Position numbers and translations under genes: made by a program
Shown: piece by piece, positions 28,587 through 37,788 of the stretch
Layout of the letters: every line of letters begins with the position of its first letter
How positions within the stretch are numbered: position 1 is the stretch's first letter
Assembly (NCBI GenBank): GCA_964554645.1
Contig: CAZKPK010000002.1
Coordinates: 1,788-65,787 of the forward strand
Direction of reading: 5' to 3'
Source of the DNA: an uncultured Candidatus Saccharibacteria bacterium
GTDB taxonomy: Bacteria > Patescibacteriota > Minisyncoccia > Phycocordibacterales > UBA9973
Length of the DNA: 64,000 nt
Notes under the pieces: generated by a model
The model's database searches: none
What the model saw: the letters and a program-made list of their open reading frames with translations, nothing else
Told to the model about the DNA's origin: nothing

Positions 28587-29086
28587 TGACAACTTGCACT
28601 TTAGGATTTTTATTTAAAAATGGGAAGATAATTCTCGCAAAAAAGAAGCGTAAATTTGGTGTAGATAAATGGAATGGATACGGAGGTGTAATGGAAAAAG
28701 GGGAAACAAAAGCAAAATGTCTTGCGCGTGAGACGAAAGAAGAATGTGGAGTGATTATTAGGTTAGAGAAATGTAAAGAATTGGGATATATAGTTTTCTC
28801 TTTTGAAGGCAAAAGTGAACGAGATATGAAGGTATATATGTATCGGGTAGATGAATTTTTGGGCGAACCAGAGGAATCAGAAGAAATGGGTGAGCCAAGA
28901 GAATTTGATGTGGATAAAATTCCATATAATGAAATGATAGTCGGGGATGATAAATTTATTCCCTTTGTTGTTGAGGGTAAAAAATTTGAAGGTAGGATTT
29001 ATTTTTCGGAAAATGGAGAAAAATTGCTAAGGTATAAGGTCTTTGAAATAAAAAACGATAAAGACAATGAAATTAAATTAAAATAA
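28586..29086 (+). CDS. NUDIX hydrolase, MTH1/8-oxo-dGTPase-like
   Basis: KKRKFG..WNGYGG..GE..RETKEECG, ESEEM. Confidence 0.8.
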   Translation: MTTCTLGFLFKNGKIILAKKKRKFGVDKWNGYGGVMEKGETKAKCLARETKEECGVIIRLEKCKELGYIVFSFEGKSERDMKVYMYRVDEFLGEPEESEEMGEPREFDVDKIPYNEMIVGDDKFIPFVVEGKKFEGRIYFSENGEKLLRYKVFEIKNDKDNEIKLK

Positions 29087-29125
29087 TTAAGTTATTTTAT
29101 TTTAATTTAATTTCATTGTCTTTAT
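29058..29125. repeat. Perfect 29-bp inverted repeat with 10-nt loop
   Basis: ataaagacaatgaaattaaattaaaataa (29058-29086) and its reverse complement (29097-29125). Confidence 0.85.
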
Positions 29126-29152
29126 TCACGCTATAGCGTAATAATAGACAAT
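29115..29152. repeat. Cassette 3 left palindromic boundary site
   Basis: attgtctttattcACGCTATAGCGTaataatagacaat; 29128-29152 matches 29786-29810 at 22/25. Confidence 0.85.
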
Positions 29153-29168
29153 CTTGTATAATGTAAAT

Positions 29169-29753
29169 ATGGGGAAATTGGAAAAAGAATTTAAGAAAAG
29201 GGAAAGAAAGGCTAATATTCAAAAGATTATTCTTTCAAGTATTGCCACAGTTGGACTTTTGAGTGTGGCAGTTTTGGCGCCGAATGCTCTACAGGCTTTA
29301 AAATTTTTCGGTATTGAACCAAAAAGTAAATGGCAAAAATATAATATTAATCACAGCGTTAAAAGATTGAAAGATCATGGTCTTATCTGTTTTGAAACAA
29401 CCAGTAGGGGGACTTTTACGCGCCTTACTCCAAAAGGGGAAGATAAGTTGAGAAAATTTAGACTTTTAGGTTATAAACTTAAGAAACCAAGAAAGTGGGA
29501 TAAAAAATGGCGTATGCTTATTTTTGATATCAAGGAAAAAAGAAAGGGAACAAGAGATAAAATTCGCTTTACCTTAAAAAGAATTGGATTTTTGCGTCTT
29601 CAAGATAGTGTTTGGGTTTATCCTTATGACTGCGAAGATCTAGTAACTCTAATGAAAGCTGATTTTAAAATCGGAAAGGATTTACTTTATTTAATAGTTG
29701 ATACCATTGAAGGGGATACAAAAATAAAAAATTATTTTAAACTTCCTATTTAA
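29169..29753 (+). CDS. PaaX-like protein (wHTH + Cas2-like domain), copy 3
   Basis: LTPKGE, WDKKWRMLIFDIKE..RDKIR..GFLRLQDSVWVYPYDC. Confidence 0.82.
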   Translation: MGKLEKEFKKRERKANIQKIILSSIATVGLLSVAVLAPNALQALKFFGIEPKSKWQKYNINHSVKRLKDHGLICFETTSRGTFTRLTPKGEDKLRKFRLLGYKLKKPRKWDKKWRMLIFDIKEKRKGTRDKIRFTLKRIGFLRLQDSVWVYPYDCEDLVTLMKADFKIGKDLLYLIVDTIEGDTKIKNYFKLPI

Positions 29754-29772
29754 TAATTAATTTAATATTATT

Positions 29773-29810
29773 ATTGTTTATAATTACGCTATAGCGTGGT
29801 GATAGACAAT
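29773..29810. repeat. Cassette 3 right palindromic boundary site
   Basis: attgtttataattACGCTATAGCGTggtgatagacaat. Confidence 0.85.
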
Positions 29811-29873
29811 ATTTAGAATATTTAGTTTACCTTTCCATTGATAATTATGTCTATTTTGTGATATATTTTATTC

Positions 29874-30305
29874 ATGCAAAAGGGAATTGATTACATTGGA
29901 ATTTCTGTGGTTTATTTTTGCCACGACGGCAATGGTAAGGTATTGTTGGCTAAAAGGGGAAAAAACGCCAGAGATGAACGAGGTAATTGGGATATAGGGG
30001 GAGGTGGAGTGGAGTTTGGAGATACCGCTACCAATACTTTAAGAAAAGAAATCAAGGAAGAATATTGTACCGATGTTTTGGATTATAAATTTCTGGGATA
30101 TCGAGACGTGCATAGAGAACAGAACGGCAAAAAAACTCACTGGATTACACTTGATTTCAAAGTTTTCGTTGATCCCAAAAAAGTAGAAAATGGCGAACCG
30201 CATAAATTTGATGCTTTAGAATGGTTTACGTTGGAAAATCTACCTTCACCAATACATTCTCAGTTGCCAAATTTTTTAAAATTATATAAAGATAAATTAA
30301 AATAA
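29874..30305 (+). CDS. NUDIX hydrolase
   Basis: GGGVEFGD..LRKEIKEE Nudix box; NGEPHK. Confidence 0.85.
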   Translation: MQKGIDYIGISVVYFCHDGNGKVLLAKRGKNARDERGNWDIGGGGVEFGDTATNTLRKEIKEEYCTDVLDYKFLGYRDVHREQNGKKTHWITLDFKVFVDPKKVENGEPHKFDALEWFTLENLPSPIHSQLPNFLKLYKDKLK

Positions 30306-30316
30306 AATTTTTAATC

Positions 30317-31585
30317 ATGAAATTTTCAAAAAAATTTTTAAAGAATGGACTGCGGGTAATTACTGTGCCAATGAAAGACAATCCGACAGTGACAGTACTG
30401 GTTTTGGTGGAAACCGGCTCCAAATATGAAACCAAAAAAATAAATGGCATTTCACACTTTTTGGAGCATATGTGTTTTAAAGGCACTATTAAAAGGCCAA
30501 AAGCAGTTGATATTTCAAAGGAATTAGACGCGTTGGGTAGTCAATACAATGCTTTTACGGCGCAAGAATATACGGGATATTATGCCAAATCTGATGCTCG
30601 GCATTTTGAGCGGATTTTTGATATTGTTTCCGATATCTATTTAAATTCCATTTTCCCTCCGGCTGAAGTGCAAAAAGAAAAGGGCGTGATCATAGAGGAA
30701 ATAAACATGTACGAAGATATGCCACAGAAGCATGTGCAGGACCTGATGATGAAATTGCTATATGGAGATCAGCCGGCCGGCTGGAATATTGCCGGAGAAA
30801 AGAAAAATATTTTGAATATGAAACGGGATGATTTCGTTAATTATCACCAGAAACATTATTTGCCAGAGGCTACTGTGCTAGTGGTTGCGGGGCAGGTGAC
30901 CGAAAAGCAAGTGATGAGCGAGGTAAATAAAATTTTTGGAAAAATTCAACATGGAAAGAAAGGGGCGAAGGTCAAAGTAAAAGAAAAACAGACAAAACCG
31001 CAAGTATTAATTAATTATAAAAAAACGGATCAGACACATTTTGTTTTTGGGATACGCACTTATGATTTATTCAGCCGGCAAAATGCGATTTTGTCCGTGC
31101 TTGGCGGAATCCTTGGCGGAGGAATGAGTTCTCGGCTTTTTGTGAAGCTTCGTGAAGAGATGGGCGTTGGCTATTATGTTCGGGCCTATAACGATTCTTT
31201 TACCGATCATGGATTTTTTCAAATCTCTGCCGGAGTGGATAATAAAAGAATCAACGAAGTATTACAGGCCGTGCTTCTTGAATGCAAAAAATTAAAAGTT
31301 GCATTAGTAAGTGAGGAAGAATTAAGCAAAGTTAAAGAGTGCTTGATAGGCAACATGAAGCTCTCTCTTGAGTCGAGCGATGACATTGCCAATTTTTACG
31401 GCGGGCAGGAACTTTTGAAACGCGAAATAGATGGAGCGCAAGAGAAAGCGAAAAAAATACGCAAAGTTACGACGAGTCAAATCCAAACTCTCGCCAAAGA
31501 TATTTTTAAAAACGATAGGCTTAACTTAGCGCTGATCGGTCCTTTTAGAGAAAAAGCTAAGTTTTTGAAGATACTGAAATTGTAA
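30317..31585 (+). CDS. M16 family zinc peptidase
   Basis: GISHFLEHMCFKGT (HxxEH), NAFT, SSRLFVKLREE. Confidence 0.92.
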   Translation: MKFSKKFLKNGLRVITVPMKDNPTVTVLVLVETGSKYETKKINGISHFLEHMCFKGTIKRPKAVDISKELDALGSQYNAFTAQEYTGYYAKSDARHFERIFDIVSDIYLNSIFPPAEVQKEKGVIIEEINMYEDMPQKHVQDLMMKLLYGDQPAGWNIAGEKKNILNMKRDDFVNYHQKHYLPEATVLVVAGQVTEKQVMSEVNKIFGKIQHGKKGAKVKVKEKQTKPQVLINYKKTDQTHFVFGIRTYDLFSRQNAILSVLGGILGGGMSSRLFVKLREEMGVGYYVRAYNDSFTDHGFFQISAGVDNKRINEVLQAVLLECKKLKVALVSEEELSKVKECLIGNMKLSLESSDDIANFYGGQELLKREIDGAQEKAKKIRKVTTSQIQTLAKDIFKNDRLNLALIGPFREKAKFLKILKL

Positions 31586-31622
31586 TCTTTCTCTGCGAGT
31601 AGTTTTGTGGTAATATACTTCT

Positions 31623-32696
31623 ATGTTTGAAAAGAGCAATACCACTTCTATTTCTATAACTACGGGTACAATGGTCCGAGCCGTTTTAGTGCTTCTCTCT
31701 GTTTTTTTATTATGGTTTTTGCGGGATTTAGCCTTGGTGCTTTTAACGGCTATTGTCATCGCTTCTTTTGTCGAGTCAGCGGTTCCTTATTTTGGCAGAA
31801 TAGGAATTAATCGGGTATTTGGAATTGTAGTCTTATACGCCACATCGCTTTTTGCTTTAGCCGGAGTATTTTATCTTTTTGCTCCCCTTTTGATAACTGA
31901 AGTTTATAATTTTTCTACTTTCATTTCAACTTATATTCCGGGTGTTTCCTTTCTAAATTATTTCCAAGATGAAGCATTTTCTGGCGCCAAGGACATAGTG
32001 AGTTCTCTAGGAAACGATTTTTCGTTAGCCGCACTGTTTTCAGTATCCAAAGCTTTTGTCTTGAATATCTCTGGGGGATTTTTTCAAACACTTTCTATCG
32101 CTTTCGGAAGCGTCTTTAATTTCATACTGATTGTCCTTATTTCTTTTTATCTTTCAATTCAAGAAAGAGGAATAGAAAATTTTCTTCGGCTTATTTTTCC
32201 GGCTCAGCATGAGGATTATGTGGTGGATCTTTGGGAGCGTTCTCGCCGAAAAATTGCCTTATGGATGAAAGGGCAGATGGTTCTGGGAGTGGTTGTAGCG
32301 GTTCTCATCTATTTAATACTTTCCCTTTTAGGCATAGAATATGCGCTTCTTTTGGCCATTATCGCGGGAGTAATGGAAATTATTCCTTATGGCATCTGGG
32401 TTGCCATGATTCCTGCTTTTACCTTTTCTTATCTTTCCGGAGGAATATCCAGCGCGTTGATGGTCGCCGGAGCTTATTTGATTATTCATCAATTTGAAGT
32501 TTTTCTTTTTGCCCCGCTTATTATTAAAAAAATAGTTGGCCTTTCGCCGATTGTCATTATCCTGTCTGCTTTGATTGGTTTCGAATTGGGCGGATTCTGG
32601 GGATTGGTGCTGGCTATTCCGGTCGCTGTTATCGTGATGGAATTTTTGAGTGATATTGAAAAGAATAAAACTTTAGCTCGAACCAGCACTAAATAA
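31623..32696 (+). CDS. AI-2E (PerM) family transporter
   Basis: Multi-TM protein with IPYGI, VGLSP..G..GLVLAIP signature. Confidence 0.85.
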   Translation: MFEKSNTTSISITTGTMVRAVLVLLSVFLLWFLRDLALVLLTAIVIASFVESAVPYFGRIGINRVFGIVVLYATSLFALAGVFYLFAPLLITEVYNFSTFISTYIPGVSFLNYFQDEAFSGAKDIVSSLGNDFSLAALFSVSKAFVLNISGGFFQTLSIAFGSVFNFILIVLISFYLSIQERGIENFLRLIFPAQHEDYVVDLWERSRRKIALWMKGQMVLGVVVAVLIYLILSLLGIEYALLLAIIAGVMEIIPYGIWVAMIPAFTFSYLSGGISSALMVAGAYLIIHQFEVFLFAPLIIKKIVGLSPIVIILSALIGFELGGFWGLVLAIPVAVIVMEFLSDIEKNKTLARTSTK

Positions 32697-34150
32697 TGAC
32701 AAAAAAAAATCCTTTCTATATTACGACCACGATTCCTTATGTGAATGCGGATCCCCATATCGGTTTTGCGCTGGAGCTGGTGCAATCAGACGCTATCGCG
32801 CGCTATCAGCGAATCATCGGGCGCGAAGTTTTTTTTAGTACAGGTACGGATGAGCACGGTCAAAAAATCTGGGAGGCAAGTCAGAAAGAAGGCAAGACCG
32901 TTCAAGATTATGTGGATTATTATGCGAAAAAATTTTTAGATCTTAAAAATATATTAAATCTTTCGTATGATAATTTTATTCGAACCATAAACCCTCTCCA
33001 CATTCAGGCAGTGCAAGAATTTTGGCGTTTATGTTTTGAGCAAGGTGATATTTATAAAAAAAAATACAAAGGGCTTTACTGCGTCGGATGCGAGAAATTT
33101 ATTACTGAAAAAGACTTGATTGACGGCAAGTGTTTATTGCATCCTCTCCAAAAGCCGGAAGTGGTCGAAGAAGAGAATTATTTTTTTAAATTAACGAACT
33201 ATCGGAAAAAGCTTCTGGAATACTTGTCAAAGGAAAAAGTTATTATTCCAGAATGGCGCAGGATTGAAGCGATTGATTTTGTGAAAGATGGGATGGAGGA
33301 TTTTTCAATTTCTCGCAGCAAAGAGCGTTTTTCTTGGGGTGTGCCGATCCCGGGAGACGAGAGTCAAATTATGTATGTCTGGTTTGATGCATTTATAAAT
33401 TATATTTCAACATTAGGCTGGCCTCGGTCCGCTGAAGCCTCCGGCGAAGGAGACCTCGATAATCTTTTTGAAAAGTTTTGGATCAACGGAGAAAAAGTCC
33501 AAACGGCTGGCAAAGATATGGTCAAATTTCAGTCAGTGATGTGGCAGGGGATGTTAATGTCCGCTGGTTTGCCGACAACAGATAAAATTGTCTACCACGG
33601 TTTTATTACCGGCGAGGGCGGAATTAAAATGTCTAAATCTATCGGAAATGTAATTAACCCAAACGACATTGTGAAAGAATATGGCACCGATGCCTTGCGG
33701 TATTTTCTTTTGCGCGAGATTTCTCCTTTTGAAGACAGTCCGTTTACGATGGAACGTTTCAAGGATGCTTACAACGCAAATTTAGCAAATGGGCTGGGGA
33801 ATTTGGTGAGTCGGATCTTAACAATGGCAGAAAATTATAATGTGTCTCTCATTGACTCAATATTTGACCGTACTGATTTGGATATTCAAGATTTTGATGT
33901 AAAAAAATACATGGATAAAATTTGGATAAAAATTCAGGAAGCAGATAAGAAAATTCAGGAAAAAGAGCCATACAAATTATTTAAAACCAAAAAAGATTTC
34001 GCAATCGAAATTGTTTCTGATTTATGTACCGATTTATCTATCATTGCAAAATTACTTCTTCCGACAATGCCAGAGACTGCAGAAAAGATACTTTATTATC
34101 TAAAAGAAAACAAAAAACCGGAAAAACCTTTATTTTTGCGCAAAGACTAA
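32696..34150 (+). CDS. metG: Methionine--tRNA ligase
   Basis: YVNADPHIG, GTDEHG, YVWFDA, KMSKS. Confidence 0.96.
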   Translation: MTKKNPFYITTTIPYVNADPHIGFALELVQSDAIARYQRIIGREVFFSTGTDEHGQKIWEASQKEGKTVQDYVDYYAKKFLDLKNILNLSYDNFIRTINPLHIQAVQEFWRLCFEQGDIYKKKYKGLYCVGCEKFITEKDLIDGKCLLHPLQKPEVVEEENYFFKLTNYRKKLLEYLSKEKVIIPEWRRIEAIDFVKDGMEDFSISRSKERFSWGVPIPGDESQIMYVWFDAFINYISTLGWPRSAEASGEGDLDNLFEKFWINGEKVQTAGKDMVKFQSVMWQGMLMSAGLPTTDKIVYHGFITGEGGIKMSKSIGNVINPNDIVKEYGTDALRYFLLREISPFEDSPFTMERFKDAYNANLANGLGNLVSRILTMAENYNVSLIDSIFDRTDLDIQDFDVKKYMDKIWIKIQEADKKIQEKEPYKLFKTKKDFAIEIVSDLCTDLSIIAKLLLPTMPETAEKILYYLKENKKPEKPLFLRKD

Positions 34151-34151
34151 T

Positions 34152-34994
34152 ATGCAATCCAAATACATAGACATCCATAGCCATCTTAATTTCAAGGCTT
34201 TTGACGAAGACAGAGACGAGGTCATAAAACGCGCCTTAGATAATGATACTTGGGTGATAAATGTCGGCACGCAAATGGATACTTCCAAAAAAGCGGTGGA
34301 GATGGCGAATCAGTATCAAGCGGGAGTCTACGCGATTATCGGATTGCATCCTATCCATACCGGAGCGTCTTATCACGATGAAAAAGAACTTGGTTTTGGC
34401 GGAAAAGAATTTACTTCTCGCGGAGAAGTTTTTAACAAAAAAATTTACCGAGAACTTTTGCAAGATAAAAAGGTGGTCGGGATAGGAGAGTGCGGACTCG
34501 ATTATTATCGAATGGATTCTGAATCAATTGAAAAACAAAAAAAAGCATTTATAGAACAAATAGAACTGGCGAACGAATTTAACAAACCTCTAATGTTGCA
34601 TCTACGCCATGGCGTAGATCATATAGAGCATAATGCGTACGTTGATGCATTGGAAATTTTAAAAAAATGTTCGAGAGTGAGAGGCAACGTTCATTTTTTT
34701 GCCGGGACTTGGATTGAGGCAAAAGCCTTTTTGAATTTCGGTTTTTCTCTTTCTTTTACTGGGGTGATAACTTTCACGCATGATTATGATGAAGTTATAA
34801 AAAATACTCCTCTTGAGATGATTATGTCAGAAACAGATTCTCCCTATGTTGCTCCTATTCCATACCGAGGAAAGCGCAACGAACCCTCTTATGTCAGAGA
34901 AATTGTTAAAAAGATTGCCGAAATAAAAAATTTATCTGAAAAAGAAGTAGCCGAAGCGATTGTCGGGAATGCCAGGCGAATATTTGCTATTTGA
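34152..34994 (+). CDS. tatD: TatD family hydrolase
   Basis: DIHSH, GLHP, GECGLDY, ETDSPY, RGKRNEP. Confidence 0.92.
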   Translation: MQSKYIDIHSHLNFKAFDEDRDEVIKRALDNDTWVINVGTQMDTSKKAVEMANQYQAGVYAIIGLHPIHTGASYHDEKELGFGGKEFTSRGEVFNKKIYRELLQDKKVVGIGECGLDYYRMDSESIEKQKKAFIEQIELANEFNKPLMLHLRHGVDHIEHNAYVDALEILKKCSRVRGNVHFFAGTWIEAKAFLNFGFSLSFTGVITFTHDYDEVIKNTPLEMIMSETDSPYVAPIPYRGKRNEPSYVREIVKKIAEIKNLSEKEVAEAIVGNARRIFAI

Positions 34995-35027
34995 GAGGAT
35001 TTTTGATATCATTCCAAAATAGCAGAA

Positions 35028-35516
35028 ATGGAAAATGATACGTTAAAAGAAGAACAGGAGGGAGTAAGCAGAGTTTATGAGCTTGGCTATCTTTTAGTGC
35101 CGACGATTAAGGAAGAAGATGTCTCGGTTAATTATGGCAACCTTAAAGAACTTATTTCTTCTTTCGGTAGCGAGATTATAACGGACGAGATGCCGAAAAT
35201 GATCAACCTCGCTTATTCTGTGCGGAAAGTCATATCTAATGTACGCAGTAATTTTAATAAGGCATATTTTGGCTGGACCAAATTTACGATGAACGGAGAA
35301 CAAGTTTTGGAGCTGAAAAAGAATCTTAATCTCAATCCCAATTTTATTCGATTTTTGATATTGAAAACAGTAAAAGAAAACACTATCGCTGCAAAGAGAT
35401 TTGTTCGCGGGGAAATATACAGAAAGCCAAAGTTGAAAAATATAGAAGACGAAACTGTTGTTCCTATTAATAAAGAAGAAATAGATAAAGAGATAGACGC
35501 ATTAGTAGCAGTTTAG
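35028..35516 (+). CDS. rpsF: 30S ribosomal protein S6
   Basis: YELGYLL..LAY..IRFLI; rpsF-ssb-rpsR synteny. Confidence 0.8.
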   Translation: MENDTLKEEQEGVSRVYELGYLLVPTIKEEDVSVNYGNLKELISSFGSEIITDEMPKMINLAYSVRKVISNVRSNFNKAYFGWTKFTMNGEQVLELKKNLNLNPNFIRFLILKTVKENTIAAKRFVRGEIYRKPKLKNIEDETVVPINKEEIDKEIDALVAV

Positions 35517-35553
35517 GTGAAAATCAATGAACGAAGTGAATATGATTTTCCCT

Positions 35554-35656
35554 ATCCAGCTCCACTTTTAACATTAACATTTATTGAACAATTAAAATTT
35601 TACAAGCAATGAACTTTAGGTTATAATCAGATTAATTGTTAAAAGTGGGGCTGGAT
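35554..35656. mobile_element. MITE-like element with 20-bp terminal inverted repeats
   Basis: atccagctccacttttaaca / tgttaaaagtggggctggat (19/20). Confidence 0.6.
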
Positions 35657-35695
35657 GACGATTTTTATAGTCATTTCATTCCTTAAAAATCAGCC

Positions 35696-36145
35696 ATGTA
35701 TTTAAATAAAGTAATAATTGTAGGTAATCTGACCCGAGATCCAGAGCTTGCCACTATCCCTTCTGGGCAAAAAGTTTGCAAGTTCGGGGTAGCAACCAAT
35801 CGTGTTTGGAAGGACAAAAGTGGCGCCAAACAAGAGTCAGTCAGTTATCACAATATCGTAGTCTGGGGCAGACAAGCAGAAACTTCTGCTCAATATCTAA
35901 AAAAAGGTCAGCAAGTAATGGTGGAAGGTCGGATCGAAACACGCAGTTGGGATGACAAGACCAGCGGAGAGAAAAAGTATAGGACCGAAATTATTGCGGA
36001 CCGAGTGCAATTTGGAGCCAAAAGCGGGGGAGCGAATACTGGAGCATCAGGCGCAGGGGCTCAAAAATCATCTTCTGAAAACAAAGAAGTCGATTCCATT
36101 GAATATCCAGAAGAAGACATCAATCCCGAAGACATACCATTTTAA
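35696..36145 (+). CDS. ssb: Single-stranded DNA-binding protein
   Basis: LNKVIIVGNLTRDPE; C-terminal EDIPF. Confidence 0.96.
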   Translation: MYLNKVIIVGNLTRDPELATIPSGQKVCKFGVATNRVWKDKSGAKQESVSYHNIVVWGRQAETSAQYLKKGQQVMVEGRIETRSWDDKTSGEKKYRTEIIADRVQFGAKSGGANTGASGAGAQKSSSENKEVDSIEYPEEDINPEDIPF

Positions 36146-36148
36146 TTT

Positions 36149-36349
36149 ATGAAGCAAGATTATTTTTCAGCCAACAATATAAAATATATAGACTACAAGG
36201 ATGTTGAAATTTTAAAGAAATTTTTAAATCCTAATGGCAAAATTATGAGCCATAAGCGTACTGGCGTGACCGCCAAAAATCAGCGCGCTTTAGCTTCAGC
36301 TATCAAACACGCAAGATTTTTTGGTTTGTTGCCTTTTGTGGTGAAATAA
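36149..36349 (+). CDS. rpsR: 30S ribosomal protein S18
   Basis: [30 protein letters not shown]. Confidence 0.95.
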   Translation: MKQDYFSANNIKYIDYKDVEILKKFLNPNGKIMSHKRTGVTAKNQRALASAIKHARFFGLLPFVVK

Positions 36350-36504
36350 CTCTTTTTTGGCATACTTTTTATAAAGCAATCTATCTGGCCAAGCTTGGCC
36401 AGCGAACTTCTCATCGCTCAAAAAAATAATAAATGGATTACCATTTTTATTTTCTAAGCTCCTGCGAAAGGCTTTCTAAAAAGTATGCCTGCAACGAGTT
36501 TTTA
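36347..36504. mobile_element. MITE-like element, copy 2 (inverted)
   Basis: Reverse complement of 10359-10479 with a different, longer central segment. Confidence 0.7.
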
Positions 36505-37083
36505 CACTCTCTCCACATATTCTCCAGTTTCCGTATTTACGCTAATTACATCTCCTTCACTTATAAACATCGGAGCGTTAAGGGTCGCTCCATTTTCCAG
36601 AGTAATGACTTTCATTCCTCCCTTGGAGGTGTCTCCGCGGACGGCCGGTGGAGCCTCTTTTACTTTGAAATTAATTTTGATGGGCAGAGTAACTTTGATA
36701 ATTTGCTCGATTTCATCTTCATTTTCCCAAATTACAGCTTCTACATCGCCGTTCTGTTTCAGAAATTTTGAAGCATTTCCAATCAGCGCGACATCCAGCT
36801 TGAATCTTTTGCTTTTGTCATTTTTGTCGCAGAACCAATATTCACCCCGGTTATGGTAGAGAAAAGTAATAGGCCTTTTTATTATTTCCGCTTCGTCAGC
36901 TGATTCGGAGACATGAAAAGTGGCGTTGATAGTCTTGCCTGAAATCAGAGTTTTTAGTTTGACCTGATTTTGGGGTTTTCGCTGTTGAGTTCTGGCGACA
37001 TGGGATTCAATAACTTCACAGGGCTCGCCGTCGTAAATTATTATTTTCTTCTCGCGAATTTCGCTGTATTCCAGTTTTGACAT
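36502..37083 (-). CDS. efp: Elongation factor P
   Basis: PAVRGDT..K..TLENG..APMFISEGD..VNTETGEYVERV. Confidence 0.93.
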   Translation of the reverse strand: MSKLEYSEIREKKIIIYDGEPCEVIESHVARTQQRKPQNQVKLKTLISGKTINATFHVSESADEAEIIKRPITFLYHNRGEYWFCDKNDKSKRFKLDVALIGNASKFLKQNGDVEAVIWENEDEIEQIIKVTLPIKINFKVKEAPPAVRGDTSKGGMKVITLENGATLNAPMFISEGDVISVNTETGEYVERV

Positions 37084-37140
37084 GTGAAATATCTTAACAG
37101 ATACAACCTTATTTCGCAACCTTCTGTTGACACTGCACTT

Positions 37141-37178
37141 ACTTCTACTACAAAAACGGTCGTTGTTATGGTAGAATT
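37141..37178. repeat. Cassette 4 left palindromic boundary site
   Basis: ttctactacaaaaACGGTCGTtgttatggtagaat matches 37791-37825 at 29/35. Confidence 0.85.
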
Positions 37179-37186
37179 TACATGTT

Positions 37187-37780
37187 ATGCCGAGAGGAAA
37201 AATTTTAATAAAAATTTTAGAATTACTTTATGATCAAGCCATGAATCAGGTTGATTTTTTCAGCGCAGTTTTAGTAAGTGGTTATGGAGCTAGTGCTCGC
37301 AAGATTGATTATGAATATCAAAAACGTCGAAGACTTGCTTCTAAATCAGAGTTAGATATACAAGATTTTAGCAATAAGAAACTACGCTTGCAAAAATTTT
37401 TATCCAAGTTAAAACATGACGGTCTTATAAGACAAACGGAAGGTGTCAGTGGCAGATTCACCATCTCAAGTAAAGGGAGAACTAAGCTCGCGGAACTAAA
37501 GAAAAAATTTCAGAACAAATATTATGAGGTTGAGGATAAAAAAGTCAGTCCGATAATAATTAGTTTCGATGTTCCAGAAGAGTTCAAAAGAAAGAGAGCT
37601 TGGTTGCGCGCAGTAATTCAAAATCTTGGATTTGAAATGGTGCATAAAAGTGTATGGATGGGAAATACTAAGTTACCCAAGCAATTAATACTGGATTTAG
37701 AAAAAATGAACATTTTAGAGTTCATTGAGATTTTCGAAATTACTAAAACTGGAACGTTAAAAAAAGTCGATAAAGCTTAG
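37187..37780 (+). CDS. PaaX-like protein (wHTH + Cas2-like domain), copy 4
   Basis: LSKLKHDGLI..ISSKG; IISFDVPE..KRAWLR..GFEMVHKSVWMG. Confidence 0.78.
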   Translation: MPRGKILIKILELLYDQAMNQVDFFSAVLVSGYGASARKIDYEYQKRRRLASKSELDIQDFSNKKLRLQKFLSKLKHDGLIRQTEGVSGRFTISSKGRTKLAELKKKFQNKYYEVEDKKVSPIIISFDVPEEFKRKRAWLRAVIQNLGFEMVHKSVWMGNTKLPKQLILDLEKMNILEFIEIFEITKTGTLKKVDKA

Positions 37781-37788
37781 TTTTTAAT

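Noticed and set aside
36433-36859. Plus-strand ORFs of 112 and 124 aa
   Set aside because: They are antisense to efp and start inside a repeat element.
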